A DNA stretch of 64,000 bases from the human T2T-CHM13v2.0 reference genome, Homo sapiens. The stretch is taken from NCBI RefSeq assembly GCF_009914755.1, contig NC_060927.1; one strand, 5' to 3'. The position numbers were made by a program, and so were the translations under genes. Below the pieces are notes generated by a model, which searched no databases, was not told the DNA's origin, and was given only the letters and a program-made list of their open reading frames with translations. Below are positions 56,186 to 64,000 of this stretch, one piece after another (position 1 is the first letter of the stretch; each line of letters begins with the position of its first letter).

Positions 56186-58364
56186 CTTCTGTTTCCCTAC
56201 CCCCATCTTCACCTCCTCCCCTAGAATAACAACATCATAACTGACTTATTTCATCATTAAGGATTTAAATGCAAAACCTTAAGATAGTCAGCCTTAGGGA
56301 AACACTGAAGAATTTATTTTTAAACACATAAAGATTGCATTCATTCATCCTTCTCCACACCGCGGGCAGTCTTCAAATTCTGGTTAGCAGAGTCAGCGGG
56401 CAGGGAGGATCTGGATCCTGGGGTTGTGTGCTTTGCTCCCAGAGGGACATGAGTATCAAAGGTCTGCCCCGATATCTGGAGTTCAAGAGGCGTTTTCTGG
56501 AAACAATTTGTCCAAAGGCTCCCCTATCACTCTCTTGGAGAAGTCCTGTGTTTTATTTATGCTGAATGATTGAATCTATTCCCAGCCGAATGTTTTCCTG
56601 AACACCAGTAAAAATCATCTGCCAGTCACTCGGGCTCCCACCCCGGGAGTCATCTGTCCCCTTTGCCTGGTCTCCCATGCCTCACAGCTCAGCAGCCACA
56701 GGCATGGCCATATCTGCCTCTCTTGCCCTTGCCACTCCACTTCATCATGGCCGTCTCCTCTCTGGGGCTGCTGCGGGAGATTTCCAGTCTGCCCTCCAGT
56801 GTCTCTGCATGCATTCTACTCACCTCCTCTCCCCCCGCAGCCCCGAGGAACTCTGAAGAAACACAAGCTTCTGTGGCCCCGTACACGTAGGACTACCACC
56901 GCTTACTTGGAGGCAGTGGCAGTAAAAACGGAAACAACAAACAAAACAGAATAAAATCCTCTTTAACTTTGTTTAACTTGGTGTCCCATGCAGTCTATTT
57001 AATTTCAGACTCTTATTTACCCCAGTCCTAGGGAACTGAGGTTCATAGGACCAATCTGGGTGAATGCTGCTACAGTTTGTGGATGGGCTGCTCCCCATTT
57101 GCTTGTTCAGGTAGCTTTGAGCCCAAACATTGGTCAGCAAGGGCATCCATATAGTGACATGCTGTATGTCATCAAAAAGAAGGTGTTCCTGACATAGACA
57201 ATTTCCAGAATATATGCTAAGTGACTAAAGCAAAGTGCAGCATGAGATGCCACCATGTGCTGCAGATGCTTGGACTGGATGGATACCTAAGTACCCCCAA
57301 ACTGGCAGGCACATCTGCCTCTGGGGAAGGGGGCTGGGTGTCGGGGAGGGGTGGGAGCAAATTCCTCCCCGTGTGCCTCCTGGGGCCTTTAGAACCTCTA
57401 CTTCTTTGAACACAGTGCTACTCTGCTCCAAACGCCCCCAAACTTCACACAGAGAGTAGTATGAAGTCCTCATCTCTGCACTTGTGGCCCTGAGGTTGGC
57501 CTCAGCCTGCCCGCCCAGCTTCTCTTCTCATTCTTCCCTGCTGCCACTCTCCTGTCTCCCCAGGGACTCGGCTGTTTGAGCCACTTTCCTTTGACACGTC
57601 TCAGACTTGCCCTGCTCCACTTGGAAGTCCTTGGAGCAGCCCACACGCACCCCCGCCGAGCTCACTGTCTCAGAATGTGGGACCACCTACCAGCTTTACT
57701 CCTGCGTCTAACTCTAACTTGTGAGATTGTGGGGGCCAGAGTCCCCAGGAGGCAGTGACGCTGTGTGCAGAAAAGCCAAGAGCTCCAGGGCTGAACAGAT
57801 GTGACTGAAAATCTTTACCAGCCATGTGCCCTGGGGAACTGAGCCTTTCATTTCCCCTTTCCTTTTCTGTATAATGGAGGATAACAAGCCTTCACTCACA
57901 GGGCGTGGGTGTGTTTCTCATCTCCTTGCAGCACCTAGCACAGTACCTGGCATCTCATATGTTCAGGGCATGTTTGCTCTCCTCCCTTCCTTTCCCATCG
58001 TGACTGTCAATCGACTGTTCCCTTGGGGCTTGAGATTCTTGGATTCCAAAGGAAAGAACACAGGGCCAGGAGTCAGAATTTCATCCTTGCCTCCGCTGAT
58101 GTCTAATTCTGGGATAACGCTGGGCCACTCAGTCTTTGGATTCCCTGCCCTAACACAAAATCCATATTTATCTCAATGCAAAAGAGATGTGGTCATCGAA
58201 ACACTGAATGCAAAGGGTTAGCAGAGTGAGCACAGATGTTCTCCCATTTGCCAACTGGTTTCTAAGAATATTTGGAGGATGAGTAAAGTAATGTCTTCCA
58301 TATGCTCAAGAGAAGATGATTTAGCACCATGCAAGGTAGAGAAGGAGAGCCCCCACCCATCAAC

Positions 58365-58525
58365 AGAATGACCTTGGACAAGACACTAGCTGCCCTAGGC
58401 CTCAATTACCTCATTTAAAATATGAAAGTCATAAAACCCTACCTCACGAGGGTGATTGTGAGGATTATATGAGGCAATTCATGTAGAAGGTCTTTGTAAA
58501 CTGTGAAATGCTCTACGACTGTCAG
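58365..58525 (+). mobile_element. MIR-family SINE ending about 40 nt before the ITGA9 acceptor
   Basis: tgaccttggacaag...cctacctcacgagggtgattgtgaggatta...tttgtaaactgtgaaatgct. Confidence 0.78.
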
Positions 58526-58567
58526 CCAGGATTAGTAGTTAATGCACGTATTTGTTTATTGTTTCAG

Positions 58568-58717
58568 CGGAGGGTGCAGGACGTCATCAGCCCGATCGTG
58601 TTTGAAGCAGCCTACAGCCTCAGTGAGCATGTGACTGGAGAGGAGGAGAGGGAACTGCCGCCTCTGACACCAGTTCTCCGCTGGAAAAAGGGACAAAAGA
58701 TTGCCCAAAAGAATCAG
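58568..58717 (+). CDS. ITGA9: Internal coding exon of integrin alpha-9 (probably exon 16), 150 nt, phase 0/0
   Basis: Acceptor tttgtttattgtttcag|CGG and donor CAG|gtcaga; 50 codons RRVQDVISPIVFEAAYSL...LPPLTPVLRWKKGQKIAQKNQ match the ITGA9 thigh-region sequence as recalled; locally CpG-rich relative to flanks; exon number from memory. Confidence 0.96.
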
Positions 58718-58777
58718 GTCAGAACCTTAAAGCTCATACTCAGCACCCAAGGTGGCAGCTGCACACAGCAGAAATAA
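58718..58777 (+). CDS. ITGA9: In-frame read-through into the intron giving a 19-aa alternative C-terminus (VRTLKLILSTQGGSCTQQK*) of a truncated alpha-9 form
   Basis: ORF stays open past the donor to TAA ending at 58777; 613+19=632 aa fits my recollection of a short alpha-9 isoform. Confidence 0.6.
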   Translation, partial: VRTLKLILSTQGGSCTQQK

Positions 58778-59683
58778 TGGCCCAAAAGTTGAGAGAGCCG
58801 TGGGCCTGGCTGCTCAGGAGACCGCAGCCAGGACACACCTCCTCTCTGGGTCTCCCTTTTCTGATCTGCAAAATGATAAACAGTCTTAGGGGTTACTTGT
58901 GACTACTGTGGGACTTAAACACTTTCAGACAATTCTCAGGCTGTTAGAAGTTACAATCCCCTCGAGTTCGTGAACTGGCTGGCCACTTGGTCCCTGAACT
59001 TGCCTCTGTTCCTAGACTGTTTTCAGAGCTTAGATTGGTGGATAGTAGGTGCTTAATGAATGTTTTATTGGTGGGAGAATGAGTGAGGTGAAGAAGCAAG
59101 AATGGTAGCTTGCTGAATTGGCAGTTGAGTTACAGAATGCTCAACCCAAGAGTCCCTGGAAACCAGAGCACTGGGGCAAGTACAGGTGGTCCACACTCAT
59201 CAGATTCTGGGATGTGCGGCTGTGTAGAGAAGCTTTAGTGCGATGGGTGTATCACTCGTATGAGGTAGGAGTGAGCCTGTGCCTGATTTTGTGCAGCAGC
59301 GCTGGCCAGCTCTGAGGCGTGCAGCACTGAGTGCGGTGCAGGAATATGCAAGGAATCTGCAATCCCAAGTCTGTTTCAAATCTTTTCTTGAAACCCAAGA
59401 TCACCACAGATTCAGAACCCTGTGGAAGATCAGGAAAAACTGTGGGCTAACCCAGCCTCCTAGGCAGGGTTGGGGCAAAGCTGTGGAACCACCTTTCACA
59501 GTGCTTCAGACCACTGTAAGTGTAGGGGAAAACTAGCAGATTGTGACCCATGCCTTGTAGATTAGAGTTGTAGACTGAACCACAGAGAAGGGTTTGGGAT
59601 TTGAGATATCCATCCAGGTGTTCACGTAAGTGCTGAGATTTTTTACCAAGGCATCGCATTATCTCCCAAAGCCTCTTTCCCAT

Positions 59684-60073
59684 CATCCTAAGTGGGGTTC
59701 CCTAGAAGCAGAGCCTGAGAAAGGGAATTGGGAACACATGGTCTAATGATGCTGTGCTCTTAGGGAAAACCTGTAAAGGAAAGGCATGGGGGCTCAAAAT
59801 GGTTGTGGTCTCAGATAAAGTCTGGCTGAGGGACTCTGGAACAAAAATTACACCAAAGAGTTGTCCTCACCTTGAGGCAAGAGGGGCTTCCCTTTTGTGC
59901 CCCATATCATTCAGCCATTGACTGGCTGTGGGGGGGAAGGGAAGTGTAACCCTCCTTGAAAGGAGATCCCCTCAGCTGAGGATGGTTCTCTAGAGAAGAA
60001 TGCAGATGTGAGCCATAAGCAGCCTACACACACATCAGCCAGGAGATGGGCCACAGTTCACAGTGCCCACTAC
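59684..60073 (-). mobile_element. LTR16C-like ERVL LTR
   Basis: gggttccctagaagcagagcctgaga...cagagttgtcc-like aagagttgtcc...cagccattg...cccactaca. Confidence 0.72.
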
Positions 60074-60820
60074 ACATCAAAACACACCCTCTGGGGAATG
60101 CTGCCAAGAGGTTTTGATTTAAAACACGAACCTTCTTTCACAACACAAGTGCCCCAGGAGAGTGGCCTGTAAGTCCCACTGGCCATTGATACTTGGAACA
60201 GGCCCTGGGGGAGTGAGGGAGGACACGTGGTGTCTAAGCAGGTGGGCAGAGTAGATGGGCTGGCCTTACTCTGAGGTGTGGAGAAGGCTAGAGAAGAGTA
60301 GAAGATAAGGTGAAGAGGCAGGGCAGGAAGCTGATGGCTTCTGCCTTGACTGGGAAGTACAGACCTAGGTCCCCTCCTGACAGGGAAGTGGGGAGAAGAG
60401 GTTGGCCTGGGGACACAGTAAAGCATGGTATTATGGTAACTTCTACATAATTGGTCTCTAGTTCTAGAATTATTCTGCTTTCTAAGGTCAAATCTTACTG
60501 GACTGATAAACTTACCCATACTTGGGTTACGGAAGTTACCCAGACTCGGGGTCCTGGGAAGAATTTCAGGGTCCTCTGTGCTTATTTGTTTCTGAATTGA
60601 CCCAGTGAGGTAGTCATCTACCCTGTCCAGCATCTTGCTAGCCTGGACATACTTTCCACAGTTAACCTATCTCTCATTCCTGCAAGTCTGTCAGTGGCAC
60701 AGATGTGGACTTTCTTTAGTGAAAAGCATCTTGGAACCTTTACTGACATTTTTAGATTTAAGCAGCCCAATCAAAGCCAGAGATGGAGGGACAGATTAGT
60801 ATTGAAATGATGTTCTTGGT

Positions 60821-62650
60821 CACTTCTGGTTCCAGATGGCCAACCAAGCACAAATGTTGATGTCTGTGCCTTCTGGTACCCCATTGCAATGATTATAAAT
60901 GAGTAGATCGGAACAGGGAGGACAACACTGTGAAAGAAAGGGCATCAGCTAATAATAAGAGTCCAGTAATTTTCTGGTATGAGTGAAGTAAATGGAAGAG
61001 TGTTAGTGGGTGAACTTGAACTGTACATGGAAGAGCTGGCTTCCTGCCTACCCAGGGAACAGAGAAGCTGCAGCCACAGCCAGGCCAACAGTTACAGAGG
61101 GGGCCAGAGTAAGAAGTGGGACTGCAAGTGGTGGTGGTATTGAGGGAGGTCAGTGAAATGTGAAGGTTGGTATGAAGAAGGGTTAGAGTTGACTTTTCAC
61201 CATTGTCCCCACCCCTACAGGCTTCAGGCATGCAGAATAGCAAGCAGCCAGGCATCGCCTTCTCTAAAGTGTTAAATAAACTGTTTAAGATAGTGTGGGC
61301 GGCCTCGTTCTCAGAGAAAAGAAAGCCTTACTTCTGGCATTTGAAGTCACCAACGTAAGAGCTAGCTTTCTCTCCCACAATCCACCCAAACACTTTCACA
61401 GATTTTCTACTCAGTCCTTTTACCTTAGTTTGAAATATGAATGGACAACCAAGGAAACCCAAGATTGAGGAATATTTGGTGCATGAAAGGAAAGGCTAAA
61501 ATAAACCAGGAGAATAACTAACTTAAAAGGAAACAAATGATTTAGGGAATATAAGAGATTATTTTAAAAAATTTTAAAAATGCAACACCTTAATGTCTAT
61601 GCAGTAGACCCAAGGAGATTTAGGAATATATTCCATTCTTTTCATTTTCTAATGGATGGGATTCTGTTCCTTTTTAAAGGGAGGAATGAAAGGCAAGGGA
61701 AGTGTTCTTAAAAATTAAAAATATATTTGCAGCACCAAAAACTCAGTGGAAGTATTAGAAGACAATGGTAAATAATTTCCCAATGGAAGTGCTAAAAGAC
61801 AAGTAGAAAAGAAAGCTAAAGAATAAATTTACGGGGTCCTATATCTCCAAGTAATAAGAATACTAGAAAGTAAGAATACCAGTAATAAGAAAAGAGAAAG
61901 AAGGGGGAGAAAATTATGTAATAATAGAATAGCATGTTTCAGAGTTAAAGAGGGAGACTATTTTTTAAAATTGGTGTAAACAACAATTTACAATCAAAAT
62001 AAACCAAAATTATCATAGACACATCATTTTGAAATGTCAGTGCTTCAAAGACAAAGGGAAAATTCTAAATGTTTCGAGGGCAAAGAATGCAGGAATGTTG
62101 ATCATGGAGGATAAGTCAGCTTACAACAGAATGAGAGTCAGACTGAGTAGTCCATTAGACTTTTTATAAGCAAGATTAGAAACTAAACTATGATGAAATA
62201 AAGGCTTCAATGTTCTGAGGGAAAATGATTTTGAAATTAGAATTTTGTTTTCAGCCACACAATCAAAGTATGTGGTAAAAATAAAGTCACTTTTCAGATA
62301 AGCAAGAACCCAGAAAGTTTACCTCCCTAGTAACTCTTCCAAGGAAATTATCTTGTACTTCAACAAAACAAAAATGACAACCAGAAGGAGCAAGATGTGG
62401 GATACAAGAAACTCTGGAACTAACTCTCAAAAGTCTAATGACAAGAAATCCCAGGATGATAACTGCAGCAAGTCTAAAAAGCAGCCAAGTCTATTGAGAA
62501 GAGGAGATCAATTAACTTCCAGAAGAATGAAGCTAAGCAATAGAATGATGAGCAAGTGGCAAATATTCAGTATATAGTGCAGATTGAATATGTTTCTTTT
62601 ATGGGTAAGAAAAAAATAAAAGCATTCAAGACCTCTCAGAAAAATAGAAA
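60821..62650 (+). mobile_element. HAL1 or old L1-derived element
   Basis: Starts acttctggttccagatggc; decayed ORF1-like gaaaatgattttgaaattagaatt...cagaaagtttacctccc; tcccaggatgataactg. Confidence 0.6.
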
Positions 62651-62667
62651 TAAGATAATTACCTGTA

Positions 62668-63356
62668 CAGATTCTCCTTGACTCACGATGGGGTTATGTC
62701 CCAATAAACCCATCATGAATTAAAAATATTGTCAGTTGAAAATGTATTTAATACACCTAACCTGCTGAATATCATTGCCTAGCCTACCTTAAATGTGTTC
62801 AGAACACTTACATTAGCCTACAGTTGGGCAAAAGTCATCTAACACAAAGCTTATTTTACAATAAAATGTTGAATATCTCATGTAATGTATTGAACACTAT
62901 ACTGAAAATGAAAAACAAAATGGTTGTATGGGTACTCACCATTAACACACACAGCTGAAAGCACACTGGACCTAAAGAATATTTGAACTAAAATTAACTG
63001 CTGGATTATGGGGCTACTAGTGTAACAGGGTCATCCATTTCTCTCTCTTCTGATGAGTCTCAAGAATAGCTGGTAGAAGCCACTGCGGTATTAACACTCG
63101 TTGATGGCTTAGCAGGCATGGTGTTCTGTAGAAAGCTATCAGTTGTTTACCCTCCTAATCCTATAACTGACTGGGACCTGCAGCTCACTCCCACTGCCCA
63201 GCATCACAGGAAGTATTGTACCACATATTGCTACCCTGGGAAAAGCTTTTGAAATAAAAAATTTGAAATATGGTTTCTACTGAATGCATACTACCTTCAC
63301 ACCATTGTGAAGTCAAAAAATCGTAGGTTGAACCATTATAAGTTGGAGACCGTCTC
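62668..63356 (+). mobile_element. MER47/Tigger5-derived TcMar element (long form)
   Basis: ta|cagattctccttgactcacgatggggttatgtcccaataaacccat...aaccattataagttggagaccgtctc|ta. Confidence 0.82.
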
Positions 63357-63374
63357 TATGTCATGGTTAAAATA

Positions 63375-64000
63375 TAAAACAAATTAAAATGTGATAAAAT
63401 AACCAGTTATAACTATCAGATGTTTTTTGTAAGCCTCATGGTAACCACAAGGCAAAAACCTATAGTAATACAAAAATAAAAATAAAAAAGCAAAGAACCA
63501 AACCATACCACTAGAGAAAATCACTTGACCACAAAGGAAGATAGCAAGAAAGGAAGAAAGGAACAAAGGATCTACAAAACAACTAGAAAACAACAAAATT
63601 GCAGTAGTAAGTCCTTACTTATCAATAATTATCTTAAATGTAAATGGATTAAACTCTCCAATCAAAAGACATGGAGTGGTTAAATGGATTTAAAAAAAAA
63701 AAAACAAAAAACAAGACCTAACTATATGCTGCTTATAAGAGACTCACTTCACCTGTAAGGACACACATAAAATGAAAGCAAAGGGATGAAAAAAATTCTA
63801 TGCAAATGGAAACCAACACAGAGCAGGAGTAGACTTTAAGTCAAAAATAGACTTTAAGTCAAAAACTGTAAAAACAGACGAAGATCATTATACAATGATA
63901 AAGGGATCAGTTCAGCAAGAGGACATAACAATTGTAAATATATATGCACCCAACACCAGAGAAACTAAATATATAAAGCAAATATTAATAGATCTTATGA
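63375..64000 (+). mobile_element. Old L1M fragment: inter-ORF region and start of the ORF2 endonuclease, running off the window
   Basis: aatgtaaatggattaaactctccaatcaaaagac (NVNGLNSPIKR)...aaatatatatgcacccaac (NIYAPN). Confidence 0.85.

Noticed and set aside
58508-58567. ATG-started N-terminal extension of the 89-aa ORF
   Set aside because: Intronic MIR tail, branch point and pyrimidine tract; real coding starts at the acceptor 58568

Overview
Primate (human-like) genomic DNA, almost entirely intronic. The only host coding exon I can support is a 150-nt phase-0/phase-0 exon at 58568-58717 (+), RRVQDVISPIVFEAAYSLSEHVTGEEERELPPLTPVLRWKKGQKIAQKNQ. I recognise it as integrin alpha-9 (ITGA9; from memory exon 16, about R564-Q613). 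Bases 1-58567 are therefore the 3' part of a very long intron and 58718-64000 the start of the next. The intron holds many transposon relics (MIR, L2, MLT1/MST/THE1, LTR16/33, MER2/3/5/47, Charlie4, Alu/FAM, HAL1, L1M), a U7 snRNA retropseudogene with TSDs, and a ~6.1-kb full-length L1PA4-like LINE-1 antisense to the gene. The best candidate for an undescribed system is this L1. Its antisense promoter points at the ITGA9 exon, and it carries an open, extended 87-codon ORF0 with a strong phase-0 splice donor (CAG|GTGAGG, 48295/48296). That donor would join in frame to the ITGA9 exon, and the L1 also has a gene-sense AATAAA near its 3' end (a 'gene-breaking' layout). This is inference from sequence only; expression is unproven. 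Repeat subfamily names come from recalled consensus sequences, and boundaries of old repeats are approximate. Nearly all other ORFs in the track look like noise.
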